From NCBI GenBank assembly GCA_965645245.1, contig OZ287071.1:2294001-2358000 (forward strand): DNA of 64,000 nucleotides, written 5' to 3'. Numbering within the stretch: the stretch's first letter is position 1; every line of letters begins with the position of its first letter. Made by a program: the position numbers and the translations under genes. Under the pieces are notes generated by a model, which had not been told where the DNA came from, ran no database searches, and saw only the letters and a list, made by a program, of their open reading frames with translations. Source of the stretch: Massalongia carnosa. Lineage: Eukaryota. Below, piece by piece: positions 1 to 14,257 of this stretch.

Positions 1-252
1 CGTAACTTTCAAGACTACTTCTCTTGGATTCCCCAAGCGTGCCACATCCTGAAGGCATTCCCGCGACGCCGGCAACAGCGGAAGGAGCAGATGAACCAAA
101 TCCCAGCCAATATTCGCAGTCAACGTCGTATCCTGCAGAATGTCATGAAGGGTGGGGAGCTGATCTAATGTCAAATGGTATTCGAGGAGTGTAAGGTAGG
201 TAAGATAGTCGGTCTTGGGGGGAAGAGCGTTGAGGAGGGAGTTTTCCGCCAT
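1..252 (-). CDS. 5' part of YAP1-binding/ALF4/glomulin-family (Ybp1-like, DUF1760) protein, runs off the window edge
   Basis: Manual translation from ATG 252: MAENSLLNALPPKTDYLTYLTLLEYHL...LTANIGWDLVHLLLP...CLQDVARLGNPREVVLKVT. The IGWDL and GNPRE motifs are typical of this family. Absent from the ORF track because there is no stop in the window. Confidence 0.8.
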   Translation of the reverse strand, partial: MAENSLLNALPPKTDYLTYLTLLEYHLTLDQLPTLHDILQDTTLTANIGWDLVHLLLPLLPASRECLQDVARLGNPREVVLKVT

Positions 253-2484
253 GCTAGAGCGGAAGTATCGCGGGAGGGGGCATTGAAGATGACGGAGTCC
301 GGCCGGGAAGATGCCGTAGCGTAGCGTACATCTTGGCCTGTACCCGTTTCTGCTTAGTTTTGCTCTGAGCATTTTGTTAGACGATGATGCATGTACGACG
401 GCTTTGTACGACAGAGAAGAACTGCTAACAAAACTACATTGGAATAAGTCACTCGAGTCATATAATTATGGCCGAAAAGGAGTGTTGAGAGCAACTCCGA
501 AACCCTTGCCGTCATCCACAACTCACTTCTGGGGTTGACTTCATTGCGTCGGTCCGATAACTACAATGAGCAAGTAACGTATAGGGTGAATAGCGATCTA
601 AATTTATAATAAGGATAACTGCTTGTCATAATAACGAAGGGATCGTGATCAGCTATAGATACTGCAGGCGAACTTGAGCACTTGAGCATCGATCATACAG
701 GCGTTGCTTTGCTGATTTTCTGAATGTTTTGCACCGCATGGATAGAAGAACCCCATATTTTAGGTAGGAGAGCTCGAAAAGTCTGCCGTGCTTAGAAGGA
801 CTCGTAATCCGGAGCCTTTAGATAAAAAACTTGTCATGTTCGGAGCTCTCGCCTCAGCTCCAAGACCCTGCGATGTTGCCTATGCCATGAGCGACGAACA
901 GCCACCTAGTCGAGGCACCTCACTGCAAGTCCACAAGCACGAACCATTTTCCACTTTCGTTCGTAGGGAAGGTCGCTTCCGACCAGTTTCATCTCAGCAA
1001 GTAACGCCTACTCTGCGCACTTCAGTGCCAAGTTCCAGGCCTGGTTCTTCCTCAAGTTCTGCTGCATGAGGAGCCTTTTCCTCGTCAAGGCCATCTCGGC
1101 GAATAGAGTGTCCCGGCGTGCTATAGGTAGCCCTAGCTTGTCGTTGCTTTGAGCTTCCTGTCGTAGATGGTTCATTAAGGGGCGCAGGAAATGAAACCCG
1201 ACTTACCTGTTCTCTGCGAAAGGGCTTTCTCGTCCCGGGATTGGCTCAGGCGCTTCTAACGCTATTAGCGTTGGGGCTTGGTAGGGAGAAGTGGAAGCCA
1301 TGAGATTCGGATTAGGTAGTAAACGATGGTAAAAGTGTGTGGATGCAAGGAAGGGGATATGATGTTTTAGGTGTCATTATAAGCAAAGAGGTCTTGAGAT
1401 GTGATACAACAGCAGCGGTAGTCGGGAATGGCAAGTGACGGAACGGACGATATCATGAGAACAACAAACCACGAATGATATGAGCGGCAAAACACACCAA
1501 CCCCGGCCGCCTATTGTCAAAGGCAGAGCCACTGGATTAATATTCTTCAAGGTTTTTCGAAAGAACGTAGGACGGCATTAAAGGTTCCAGTGCTTAATAT
1601 CCAGTTCTATAAACATTCATTTATTATGTAACGTACCTCTGCTCTGACAGCATCTCCTGACATTTCACATATTCCCCTTCGATGCATTGATGACGCGCGT
1701 GTTTCGCAACCATCATGGCCCAAGCTGCAATCGATTCTCTCTGGTATGCCATCCTAGATATCTACTTAGCAAACCTAATTAAACTTGACATAGCAAGTAC
1801 GTTCTACCCCAAGAACCATTCCATATCATGAATATATATATTCATCCTCCACACACATTGTGTAAAGGAATACAAGTTCAAAGGATATATGAAAGAGAAA
1901 GAGCTGTATATGTATATGCAAAAAGGTAAGAGAAAGAAGGAATATCAATGCGGCGTGCCACAACGTTACTGGAGACAACAGAGATAGAAGGTTTAGGTAT
2001 ATTGACTTGAAAGCTCTTGAGTCACTGCTTGAGTTTTACTTCACTAAATTTTGCTCGCATCACTCCTTCACTCACGATTTAAATCACGATTATGTTACAG
2101 TAAAGGCAACTCGAGAAGTCATCATGAAATCACTATCAATGAATGAGATTTGTGTTACTTCAAAAATGTCTTGGACGATATTGATCGGACCGGAAGATCA
2201 TGTTTCCGTCACTAGTCTTGATCTGTGCATGACCCATGGCTCCAGATCCATCGAATCCCCATCGATTCCCATCGATCGCCCTCCTTTCTGTCTCTCCTGT
2301 TACAAAGTATCTGATGCACAGAGTATGGCATGACGACATAAGCAATCCCGCGCATATGCAGGTCCCTGATTATGTAACTATGTAGTACTTATGATCTTTG
2401 GACATGGAGTAGACTTTTGTCTCTGGGTGGGACATCGACTCTGTACATAACTGCCATTCTAGATCAACAGCTTTATAAAATATC

Positions 2485-4589
2485 ATGGGCAATCGGAAGA
2501 AGGTGCAGGATGAGAATCGGCTGGCAGAGTTGGGATACAAGCAAGAACTCCAACGGGATTGGAGCTTGCTCCATAATTTTGGAGTTTCTTTTTCCATCAT
2601 TGTAAGCATTCACAACTTTGCTCATGTATACCCTGATCGCATTGATGCTGGCACTCTGGAATAGGCGATGGAGGGAAGGGAGAACATCAATCTAGAGGCT
2701 ATTTCATGCGGTTTTCTACAAGGTTACACATTGGTTCGGAAAGGGCTCAGATTAATCAGCTCGAACTGATGGTTTGTTGTCCTGGAATGAGATGCTGATC
2801 ATGATACTCAGAGCGTCATCACGGGCATATCGACGTATGTCTCACATATCAGAAACAGGTCTTGACACTAACGTCGAATTTCCTCAAGTCTCTTTAGTTA
2901 TGGCCTCTTGACGGGTGGGCCGGGCGTCATGTCAGTGGGCTGGATTGTCGTTAGTTTTTTCAGTACGCTATTCTTTCATGATTTCTACATCTTGAAGGGA
3001 ACTGAACAAGCCTGTCAGCTTTCCTTGTTGGACTTGGCATGGCCGAGATCGTTTCCGCTATCCCCACGAGTGGCGGGCCTTACTTTTGGGCGGCAATTCT
3101 CGCTCCCAAGGGGAAAGAAGCCTTTGCATCATGGATCACTGGCTGGTACGTTAGATTCGTACCATTCGATACCCAAAACTGACGCCAATGACAGGTTCAA
3201 CCTACTCGGTCAAGTAGCAGTGACAACAGGAATTACTTTTGGGCTTGCCAACTTAATATCTGTGACCGCCACAGTTGGCACGAGGTATGCACCCACCGCG
3301 GGCAAGACAATTGGCATATATGCTGCGCTTCTGATCTCCCATGGTGTGATCAACTCCTTTGGGGTTCGTATCCTTCGTTTTCTCAATAATACATCCATCA
3401 TTTTGCATTCAATTGGCGTGGCGTGTTTTGCCGTTGCCATTCTTGCCAAGGCCCCTACTCATCAATCTGCCAAATTTGTCTTTGCTACTTTCTACGACGG
3501 CACGGGTGATCCTGGATGGAGCGTGAGAGCTTCGCCTGCTTATGTTGCGGTGTGCGGTGTTTTGATGAGCCAATACACAATCACTGGGTACGTGGAAACA
3601 ACATCGCGTCGAAACCCTGGCCTTCGCTAACATCACTAGCTTCGACGCCTCTGCCCATCTATCCGAAGAAACCCAAAATGCATCCTGGAGCGCCCCCTTG
3701 GGTGTCTTAATGTCTATCGGTGTTTCCTCAGTCTTCGGATTCCTTCTTCTTATCGCTCTCCTCTTCTCCATCCAAGATTTCGACAAAACCGTGAAAAGCG
3801 ACGTCGGACAACCCGTTATTCGGATTCTGATTGACATCTTCGGCGAATCTGGCGCCATCACCCTCATGGTTCTCATCATGGTCTGCGTGTGGCATTGTGG
3901 CCTTTTCTCCATGACGTCGAATTCGCGGATGATGTACGGTTTTAGTCGTGATCGAGGTAGCTCACTTTTTCCTTACTTCAGGTCAAATCGCCTAGAAATT
4001 GCCACTCCTTTTCTTCCTAGTCTTTCTTCGACAACTGACCCCACCTCCCTCCTCAGGCCTCCCCTCCTTCTTCAACCACGTCGATCCTCACTTCCACTCC
4101 CCTATCCGTACCATCTGGCTCGCCCTTACCCTCTCGTTCCTCCTTGCCCTCCCCTCCCTCGGCTCTACCGTGGCCTTTAGCGCTGCCACCTCCATCGCCA
4201 CCATCGGCCTGTACATCTCCTACGGCCTCCCTATCCTCATCGCCCTTCTCTACCCCGCCAACTTCCGCCGCGGTCCCTTCTCCCTGGGCCCCTTCTCCAA
4301 ACCCGTCGCGCTAGTCGCGGTGCTCTGGATCGTCTTCATCACCGTCGTCTTCTGCCTTCCGACCACCAACCCCGTCACCACCCAGACGCTCAACTACACC
4401 CCGGTGGCCGTCGGCATCGTGGCCACGTGGGCGTGTGGGAGCTGGCTGGCATGGGCGAGAAGGTGGTTTACCGGGCCGGTCCGCCAGATTGCTGCGGAGC
4501 GGTTGGGCGTGGATATCGACGAGCCGGGCGCGCTGGAAGAGGCGGAAGCGAGGGGCATCATCGACGGGAGTAAGAGAGTGGGGAATTGA
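2485..4589 (+). CDS. APC-superfamily amino-acid/GABA/polyamine permease (UGA4/TPO5-like), about 7 exons
   Basis: Exon 1 RLAELGYKQELQRDWSLLHNFGVSFSII, then GGPGVMSVGW, MAEIVSAIPTSGGPYFWA, GFDASAHLSEET, SRMMYGFSRDRGLP. GT-AG introns begin at about 2602, 2835, 2963, 3146, 3588 and 3957. Confidence 0.92.
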
Positions 4590-5866
4590 TGATGGACATG
4601 CTACAGTAGGTTTGTGATTTAGGATATAACATCAACAAGAAAAAAAGGGGCATTAAATTTCCTGTCCTCTCTCTATTTTCAATTTTTATGGCATGTTTTT
4701 CCATCTCGAACCCTATATCCTCCCCAATCCCTCCCCACCCCCGGGAAGGTTTTTTCGTTTAATTGACCCATTTAGTATTATATGTAAAGAGAGTAAGCAA
4801 GCAAGCAAGCAATTTATACAGCCTAATCGTCCCCGTCCCCGTCCCCGTCCCTATTCCCTCTCTTTATGTTTTTGAAGCAAGAGTTATGGGGGAAAGGGCG
4901 GGGGGAGGAGGAAGCGGAGGAGGGGAGGGGGGCTTTGTTTGGATACTGATTATTTGATTAGGGAGGGAATGAGGGAAGGAGGGAAGAAGGGAGGGAGGGA
5001 GGTATGTAGAGGTATGTAAGAGAGATAGAAAGATAGAAAATTCTGAGATTTAAATAAAATACAATTAAAATGATGGAAAAGGCTACGATTTGGTTTATCC
5101 TGGATAGTTAATACGAAATTTCTCCCTCCCTTCCTCCCACCCATATCTTTCCGTATTCCTCTTCTGTGTGTATTTGTCACGAAGGTTTTCACAAAGGATC
5201 ACCAAGGATGGGCAGCGCTGGATGGATGGATGGATGGATAGATAGGTTTCTGCCCCCCCGGGGGGAAGAGGAGATTGGAGCTAGATGGAGGGATGGAAGC
5301 ATACTATAGTGCCGGGGGAACGGCGGAATCTACTTCCCGACAGTGGGGAGGCCTTGGGAACGGGGACTACGCGGGCTGAGGGTGATGGTGATGATTGCTA
5401 TGCTTGATATGCTATGCTATGTGCTATGCTATGCTATGCGATATGCTACGTTATGCGGCTGTGGCTGCCAATTCTGACCATGATTTTCTATCCTGTACAT
5501 TTTACATTTCCCAGCATCCACGCGATGCTCGGCACTCGGCTTGGCTCCTCGGCATAGGATTTGTCGGGTTGGTGCTCGGCATCTTTGCTTGTGGCTCTCG
5601 GCTCCGCGTTTGGCTTGTTGCCAGCGAACATCATTCTCAGGATTCGAGTCCAAGGGCTTGCCTGCACTTCGTCGAATCCCATAACTTGGCTGCCTTGTAT
5701 TGCTAGGCCCAAATTATTTCTCCTTGACCTGCGTTCATACTGTTGTGCTTTAAAAGCCCAGGAGGAGGTCGTCTTTTGTGTAGGGTTGGCCGCTTTTCCT
5801 CCATCACTCGTAGGCTTGGGGTCTCCGGCCCGAAGTATCTGGTCCCCTCTCGAAGCAGCCAGGCAG

Positions 5867-6674
5867 TCAATAGAACGGAAACCACAACGGCATGTAGCAC
5901 AAGAACCCACTCCATATCGGAATCGTGTCACCGTCCTGCCCCGGCTCTTCTCTGCCTTCCTGAGAACCATTTGATGTCAATATTACTCTTTCAGAACCAG
6001 GACCGGGGCCATCATGTTATGACGAGTCCACTTACAGTGAATGAGACGCAACAATTGACATGCCAAGGCGCACAACGAGGATCTGCAGCATGGGTATCTA
6101 AGCGTATGTGTTAGTCGTGAATCATTGGACCGAGTTTCATTTTAAACGGTACGATAGCGAATGAAGATTCCTTACATTCAATGCACCCTAGCGTAACTGT
6201 CAGCCCCTTCACGGGCCCCGTACAACAAAGTGTCCAGAGTTCGGGCCAGCAGGTGAAATCTTCGTAGCTGCCTGGATCGTCGTTCAAAATGCAATTATCA
6301 CCCCTACGCATTTTGCTAGGGTTTTTCTGACCATCGGTGGAAGCACAGCTATTTCCAACTTTGTTAGAAGATACGGATTGGACAGGGCTGAGCGGACGCA
6401 ATGGGTCAGAGCGGCTTTTTGCATCGAACAGGTTGTTTAGATCGACTGAAGAGACTGGTTTAGAAGGAATGCTCTCGTCGGAGGAAGTCTGGCTCGAAGG
6501 AAAATTTGCAGCAATCTGATTTTCTTGCAACGCGGGGGCACTTGAGCCCAATGAAGTATCTTGATTAGGTGGGTTTGGTGCGTTAAGTTCAATTTCTGTA
6601 TGCTGGGGTTCATCTAGAAATGGCTTGGCCGTCACGATATAGAAATATATGATTAGAAAAACTATAACTTGCAT
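5867..6674 (-). CDS. Small secreted cysteine-rich protein (217 aa), exons 6674-6176, 6097-6036, 5959-5867
   Basis: Signal peptide MQVIVFLIIYFYIVTA, S/P/N-rich spacer, dibasic RR, then C..C-x7-CC..C|..C-x6-CC|..GFLC. Both introns have GTAAG donors, branch-like motifs and YAG acceptors, and splicing keeps the frame to TGA. Confidence 0.8.
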
Positions 6675-6800
6675 TGTGCGGAGAATATGAGCATTTATGA
6701 TGCGCAATGATGAAGAGATCAAACCAAACCTAATACAGCTGAAGAATAAAATTAAAGAACAAAAAAGAGTGATGGAAAAGAAAGAGAAACAGGTGGTGAC

Positions 6801-6854
6801 TATGGCATGTACGATGGCTATGGCATGTACGATGACTATGGCATGTACGATGAC
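6801..6854. repeat. Three tandem copies of an 18-bp unit (TATGGCATGTACGATGRC)
   Basis: Directly visible, about 130 bp upstream of the secreted-protein ATG. Confidence 0.9.
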
Positions 6855-8170
6855 CATTCCCGTCCGCCACGCGGTTGAGATGTACTTATTTACATGGCAA
6901 GCATGTGGATGAACCACGGTGTTGATGACTTGCTTTAAAAGAGAAGTTATCCCTCAAGCCTTTAGTTTAATCTGGAAATTATCATATCTGGTAGCTTGTT
7001 TCCTTGAATCTCAGTAAGGTCGGCAAATACTCTGTAAAGCTATAGAATAAAATTAAAAACGGCCCGTCGACACCTCCCGTCCTTCGGCATCGTCGCCGGA
7101 AAATGATACGGCCGCAGGATTCAGCGTTCGCATGACTTTGTATTTGACTTTGCCTTTTGTCATTGTTTCTTCTGGACGGGACATATCTTGATATGACAGC
7201 GCGATTGATTCGACAAGAAATTTTGCTCAACTGATTTTCTTAGAGTCGTGCAAGAAGCGAACAGCGACTCTGCTCCTCTTTTGTTCCTTTTGCTCTTTTT
7301 GCTTTTTCAGTGATGAGAATGAGATGGGTGTTGGCGATCATCCCTAGCCTCACGTTATGCCTTTCCAAGTTTAATTAGCCTCTGCTAGATTTGAGCCAAT
7401 GAGTCCATTGCCTGCCATCACCAACCAACCATGCACAGGTCTAGGTGGAAAGACAGCCGAGTGGACACGCCTCTCCCTGCAGTGATCCCCACACTTCCCG
7501 TAAGCTTAAAGACTGATCCAGCCACCAAAACCCAACGACCTTCATTGATGGTCATCACCTACCTCCCACCTCCCGATTCAGCCCGTCTGACAATGTCTAG
7601 AGGGTAGAAGTTCTGGTTGTGATCGATTGCATCGTTGGGATTCATAGTTGGATTCTTGATCTGGATCACAATCCCTCTATAGGACCTAGTTCCGTAGACA
7701 TATCATAAGAGGAACATCACAGGATCGGTATTGATAGACTGGGACTTCAGCGAGTTGCCAATTGCATCCGGTAGAAGAGGAAGAGGAAGAGGAAAAGCAG
7801 AGGAAAGAATCTAGTCCAATGTATGATTGTCTTCATTCGTTACCCACTCGCTCCAACTGGTCTCGCTACGTTAGGGCTTTTTCTGTTTGTTTTCCTGACT
7901 GCACCGAAGTAAACTATCTTAGGTAATCGCTGATCTAATGTTGATCTCTGTCCATTCGTCTTCTTTTGCTCCTCCCCGCCTCAGTCTATCTTATCTTCAT
8001 TCATTGTATTCATTCATTCCACCATCTACCATTTGCATCGTCCTTCATCCCTTTCATTTGCACTTCTATTTCCGCTTCAGCTCACCGTCTTTACTCTGAC
8101 TCCAACATCTCGTCTCACCTCAACACCTTGAATTTGCTTGACCATTAAGAAGAACCACCCCTCCGCCAAA

Positions 8171-9761
8171 ATGCCGCGATCCAGAAAGACCATCCGTGTT
8201 CCCGTCAATGGCCGGGATGCCGACGAAACCATGAGTACCACATCAAGAACCTCCACCACAACTCAGGTGCCTCCGCATCTACGTGGTCAATCTTCTATGT
8301 CCTCGGCTCCACCCGCAAAGGCCTCTTCCTACGGGGTCCCCCCTCATCTGCGTGGGCCATCATCTCCGCCGACCGCCTCTGCGGGAGGCCCCTCATCTTC
8401 TATAGCCTCGGGTTCCCGTGAGCAAGCAAAAGCGGAAAAGTGGGCCCGACCGGCCAATCCTGACATGCCATTCGCCTGCAGCTTCGCAGACTGCAATGCT
8501 GCATTCACCAGCGAAGCTCATCTGCTCAAGCATAAAGCAAACCCTGCGTCAGGCCATGATTACTGCAAAATCTGTAATTTAGACTTCGAAGACGACGATG
8601 CGTATCACGCGCACAAAATGGAGAACCCTGAGAAGCATATTACCTGTGGGGTCTGTAGCGAAGACTTCCGCAGCGAAGGGGGGCTCATTCGTCACTTTGC
8701 TCAGGTAAGTTTTCCCCTCAATTCATAAATCCTATGTCTGCTGAACAGAGTAGCTGCATGCCAAAGAACAGGATATCCGTTGCAGAGGATGCGGCAAACA
8801 GTTCCTGAAAGGAGCGGCGTTGATGAGCCACATTGAGAAGAATCAGTGCCCCAATATCAATAAATCGGATTTCGAAACACAACGTGCGTTAGTGGCCATT
8901 ACCATGGATCATCTTACCAATTCCAACAGACTCGACACCGATCTGACAGCTTTTACTGCATCTACCGTGGGCGATTCTCTTGAAGGTGGCGTGCTCTTGG
9001 AAGAACTGACTCTTCTTGACGACGGCGACGCCCCTCTATCTCTAGGCTCGGCGATGCCTAGCTCGGGAAGCCCTTCGAACGTTTCGTCCACCTCCACGTC
9101 GAAAGCCAATCCGGTGAACAACAAACTCTACGAGAGCAACTATCCAACCCTCGGGAGCCAGCCACCAGCCAAAGACATTGGAAAATCTAAAGCTAGCGGC
9201 GCAGATGAGAATCTTGCCCAAAAGAGCTGGGCTAGTCACAATTTCCCGGGCGCCCCCGACACCCCAGCCCCGCCCGGCTGGCAACCCATTCCATCCTCAG
9301 AGACGGGTTTCCTGAGCACAATCAACACGGTCAACCCGTTGAACGGCCAAATTTCCCATTTTCGCCTCATGGATCTAAAAATCAACCCCCTTGATGGGCA
9401 ATACCATTGTCCGTTTCTAAAATGCGAGTAAGTTCTCTTGATTACCCCCTTTGGGGCAACCCCTGAGCCAGTCAACAGGAACGGGGTTTATCCCACCATT
9501 GAACTTATGCAAGAGCACCTGAATTCGGGCGTACACAAAGGAGCGGATCATCACTGCGTCGGCTGTCTTCGGCGCTTCAAAACACCCAGCGCGCTCACGG
9601 CACATATGGAGTCTCCAAGTGCGCGCTGCCACGTGAGAGAGAGTAGGTATTTTGGTAATGCGCTAAGTTTGGTCAGTGGTGGGTATTTGGGTGTGAATGG
9701 AAGGCACTCCGATGGTTCCATCAAGATTGATTCGCCAGAGGTCCCTATGCCGAGGTGGTGA
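8171..9761 (+). CDS. Multi-C2H2 zinc-finger protein, 3 exons (introns about 8705-8753 and 9428-9478)
   Basis: CSFADC..HLLKH, CKIC..HAHKM..H, CGVC..H...H, CRGC..HIE..C, CPFLKC..H..H, CVGC..HME. GTAAGT donors join three ORF-track fragments. Confidence 0.85.
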
Positions 9762-10449
9762 GTGAAGCCTGGGCAAGTAGGGAGACTCCCGAGGGCGGTC
9801 CAGGTGGTCAAAAGTTGCAGCTGGCCTAAGGATTTCTCTCAAATGTAGTATCCTTTCGAAGATGGAGGATGAACTTGGAGAAAGCCAACTTTCGTCACAA
9901 AAAGCACAGTTTTCTGATTTTACTCGGGGGACTCAGTGATGGCGCCAGAGAACAGCGTATTTCTAGGAGCGACATAGGTACATAGATAGCTCAAAGAAAG
10001 GTTACTTGGCCTTGTTTGCTTCTTGCCCGGAATGAAGGATGGTTGAATAGCTCAATGGCGAAAAACCTGCATAGGTTATCATCTTATAGACCTCATCTAT
10101 TATTTTGTTTCGAGGATGGGATAAAGGGGGAGAGTATATGAAGGTCACGTGAAGGGCTGAGAAGCAATTACATACGTACAATACTTCGTAACAAACTTTA
10201 CCCGCCACATATCCCTTTCGGCAAATGTTTAATCCGATATCGAGTTCAAAAGTTGTCCTATTCTCAAACTATCCTCCCCACTCTACGCCAGATCTTAAGT
10301 GGATAGACCAGGATCTCTTCAGGCCTCGCTTTCCGCTAAAGCTTTTGTCTCCTTGACAAAAGACAGTAACCCAGGCTGCTGCCTTTTGAAAAGCTGCGCC
10401 ACTTACTTTTGGAACATGTCTACACAATCATTTTAGATTCCCGACAGAC

Positions 10450-12074
10450 ATGGAAGTTCCTTCGTCTGCATCCTCAGTCTCGGGAGAACCTCACATGCGC
10501 CGTTCAAAGAATTGGGCTAGAAAATGTGAGCGGCGTTGCTGCATCGTCGCGACGTATTTTCCGCTCGTTTTCGTTTATGGCTTGACAACCTGGGCTGCCT
10601 GGGTGGAGATAGGCATCGGTTTCCTGTCTTCGAATAAGTACTGGACAGGTTGATATGCCATTCCTCACGGGAAATGTGGGACTGATTTTGAATAGGTTAC
10701 CTCTCTTCAGCACTTGGGGCTACCCTCTACGTCCTCCTTAACTGGTCATATACCACCGCCGTCTTCACTGATCCAGGCTCTCCTTCAACACCTAGTGGGA
10801 ATCCCGGGTACTCCCACCTTCCAACGCAAGAACCTCGTCAAGACCACGCATCCTTGACCGTTAAGTCAACGGGAGGAGCTAGGTACTGCAAGAAATGCCA
10901 TGCTCGCAAGCCAGATCGCGCGCATCATTGCTCGACGTGCAGGCGCTGCGTGTTGAAAATGGATCATCATTGCCCATGGTTGGCTACATGTGTAGGGTTG
11001 AGGAACTATAAGCCGTTTCTGCTGTTTTTACTATATACGACATTTTTCTGCTGGTTATGTTTTGCAGCTACGGCGACATGGCTATGGATGGAAGTCCTCA
11101 GTGATGCGCAGTATGAAGACACCTTTATGCCGATAAATTATGTATTGCTCTGCACCGTGTCTTTAATCCTTGGGACTGTTCTGGCAGGATTCACCGGATG
11201 GCATATTGCCCTGGCATGCCGAGGCCAAACCACTATTGAATGTCTGGAAAAAACAAGATATTTGACACCGCTAAGGAGATCAATGCAAAGGAGGCAGTTT
11301 GGCAGGCCAAATGGGCAGAAACAGAGTTATGGTCAGCAGCTAACAGAGATCCATGCGAATGTCCTGCCTAGCATTACGAGAGCCGAGGAAGGCGAGGGAA
11401 TGGTAACTTCCAATGGAGACATAGAGCAAGGCTTCACGGCTCGGGATTCTTTGCGCCGGAGCTACAACGACCGAGAGCGATCGAGAGAGAGGGAGAGGTA
11501 CGAAGGATACTTGGATGAACAGGACTCAGAAAAATTGCCAAACGCGTTTGATTTAGGCTGGAAACGGAATCTGAAGCATTTGTTGGGAGACAAGGCTTGG
11601 TTTTTGCCGATTTGCAATACCACAGGAGACGGCTGGCATTGGGAAACTAGTACAAAGTGGGCAGAAGCACGGGAGGAAATACGACATCAAAGGGAACTTC
11701 GGTGGAGAGAACAAGAAGAACGAGATAGGCAAGCAGAGTTTACGAGACACGAAGAAGACAACCTTCAAGACCTTTCTGAGCGCCATTATTTGACGACTTC
11801 CAATGGTATAGCTGAGGTGTCGGGTACTGGACGGCGACTGCCCGGCAAAGCCAACCAGATTTTAGGAAGGTCAGGAAGTGGCTATTTTGACGTGGAATTT
11901 TCTGACGAGAGACCTTCAAGTCGGATGTCGACGAAAACGGTCAGAAGAAGGGAGAGTTTTGGCGAAAGGACAGATGAGGGTGACCAATACTATAGCAGCG
12001 ATGACGATAGGCAACAACTACATCATGCGGATAATCAGCAAGCGGTCGAAGACGAGTGGCGAGAATGGGATTGA
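10450..12074 (+). CDS. PFA3: DHHC palmitoyltransferase, Pfa3-like (intron about 10649-10695)
   Basis: RYCKKC..KPDRAHHCSTC.RCVLKMDHHCPWL..CVGLRNYK, TTIE, NAFDLGWKRN and flanking TM segments. Confidence 0.88.
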
Positions 12075-13871
12075 GTTACCGGTGCACTTCATCTCTTTAT
12101 CTTTTGTCATATTTTGACAATAACTTCCGATATCCTCATGTTCTAGCCAAAATACGGCTAAGCATCCCATGTTAAAGGCAAATTCAAACATGCTGCCAGT
12201 GGACGCGGCGGAATGCAATTGATTCTCCAAAAAGGTCCATGAGCTCAGATCGCATGTTTCTCACGGAGAGCTGCTTTCATCCTCGATAGGCCACCAATCC
12301 AAGCCAAACCACAGTCAAACCCCGCAAAGCTTGTCGATTCGAGTAGACAAGAAGGAGCTCTCTCCCAAATGAAAACCACGAGTCTATGGTTTGTATAATA
12401 TCAAACCGACTTCCGACCAAGCTGTAAGGGCCGTTTCGTTCAAGAATAGAGCTACGCATAAAGAATATGATATTGGAGATCAGACTTGCTATATCCCACA
12501 AAACGTCACTGAACCGTTACGCTTCATTTCCTCTTTACTAGGAAAACCTCTCAAGTCTACGAATTCACTGCAGGAATACATGCTGAAGAACTTGATTGCG
12601 CCAAGGGGGACATGGGTCCGTCCTTGGTGAAAGCTCAAATGCTTGACTTCACCTTTGAGGGACACGGGTTTAAGGTATGAAGAATGAAATTTGATCTAAA
12701 CTATTACAATTTATACAACTTTTTGGTGCAGGGAAGCCAAAGAGGAGGAAAGTTTGAAGCTACCAAAGGCCTCTTTATCCCTGCGCCATTCCCAGCGTGC
12801 TTTCTTGTCTAGGCTAGGGACGCGCGGTTCTGGATGAACTTGGTGCAATACACCTAGAATATCGCCTAACGAATCTTGTACGCTATATTCTACCTATCAA
12901 TATGCTACAGAAAATAAGTATAGGATAAAACATTCAGCTTAAAGAGAAAGCCATTTCGGATACTTGAACCCCCAATCCAGAAAATGCAGCAAAGGAATAG
13001 AAAGCGCTCAAAGCTAGCAAAAGCATCCGAACAAGCACCTCGATGGTAACAGGAAACTCGTACAGTACAAGGAATATATATTCTGACCCTCCGCAGCGGA
13101 CAGAATGCAAAACACTTAGTTCTACCACTACTCTCAACCCAATCTTCAGACCTAAAGCACAAATCGCGTCGCCTCATAGCCTCTCCTCAAAGCAGCGCAT
13201 CACTCCCTACATCCTACACAGCTTACTCCTAATTCGAAATTTCTCTAAAAACAAATCTCAAGTGTCTTAAGCGACACACACTAACGTTTCCCCTCCCCAG
13301 TTGCCAGCCCGCCAGGCTTGACAACACCCATGGCACTTTCGCGGATTTGAGGCCACACAGGGATGACCAGACCGAGCGCAAGATTTACCTTTTTAAATAA
13401 AGCTTACGTGTAGACAGCTCTCTCCACGAGATAGGGACGGAGGCAAGCGTCTTAATCGTGGGACGAAATGTCCATAGGTCTCCACTTTATTGCACAGCAC
13501 GGGGGAGTGGGAGAAGCTGGCGCTGGAGCTGCTAGAGCGTCAGTAGAGCTTTCTGCGCTTTGTATCGAAAGCGGAGAGATATATTACATGAACTTATAAG
13601 TAAATTTCGAAGTATATTTAGTAGATCAAAGCAGTGAAATACATTTTGAGCAGTTAACAGATGCTTCTTATTTATTATCCTACGAAGTCGGGTTTTGAAT
13701 AGCGATTGTACATATATAATTACTTATATATATTACCTACATTGAATTCCCTCCCCACTTCATTGGTTGCCTTCTCTGTTTCCAACTCCCCCTTCTTCAG
13801 TAAAAAGTAGAAACAAACGAACTTTCTTTCTTTCCCACACTCAAAACCCAAAAAATAAAAAAGCAAAAAAA

Positions 13872-14007
13872 CGACACCAGCAGGATTTGAACCTGCGCTT
13901 CCGAAGAAAACAGATGTCGAAGTTGATCTAATTTCCCTCCATCTCCAGTCTTGAAGATGGTCAGGTCATATTCGAGTCTGTCGCCTTAACCACTCGGCCA
14001 TAGTGTC
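13872..14007 (-). tRNA. tRNA-Ser(CGA) with 55-nt intron (13970-13916)
   Basis: GACACTA/TGGTGTC acceptor stem, A box TGGCCGAGTGG, ACAGA-CT-CGA-A|intron|A-TCTGT anticodon arm, long variable arm, GGTTCAAATCC, G73 and a downstream T7 terminator. Confidence 0.93.
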
Positions 14008-14257
14008 TTCGTAGGGTTTGATGAAATTAATAAGTAAATTAAAGAAATATTGGGAAAGGAACGAAAAGGAAAGGTGATGAATTCATGAGTATATCTAAAG
14101 GAAATACTTAGAGAATACGTGGGGAACGCTTTTGCGAAAGGTTGACTAAATCGTTGGGGGTCGGGATTAAATTGTTATCATTAAACTCCAACACCCTACC
14201 GAGAATTTCTGACGATTCCCTCCCTCAACCCTCCCCTCCACCATTCCACTCCAAACC

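Noticed and set aside
2602..2811. TPP riboswitch in the long first permease intron
   Set aside because: Only a chance ATACC..CTGATC fragment. The CTGAGA and GATAATGC core and supporting stems are missing.
6801..6854. CRISPR-like array
   Set aside because: Head-to-tail 18-mers without spacers, in a eukaryotic genome with no cas genes.
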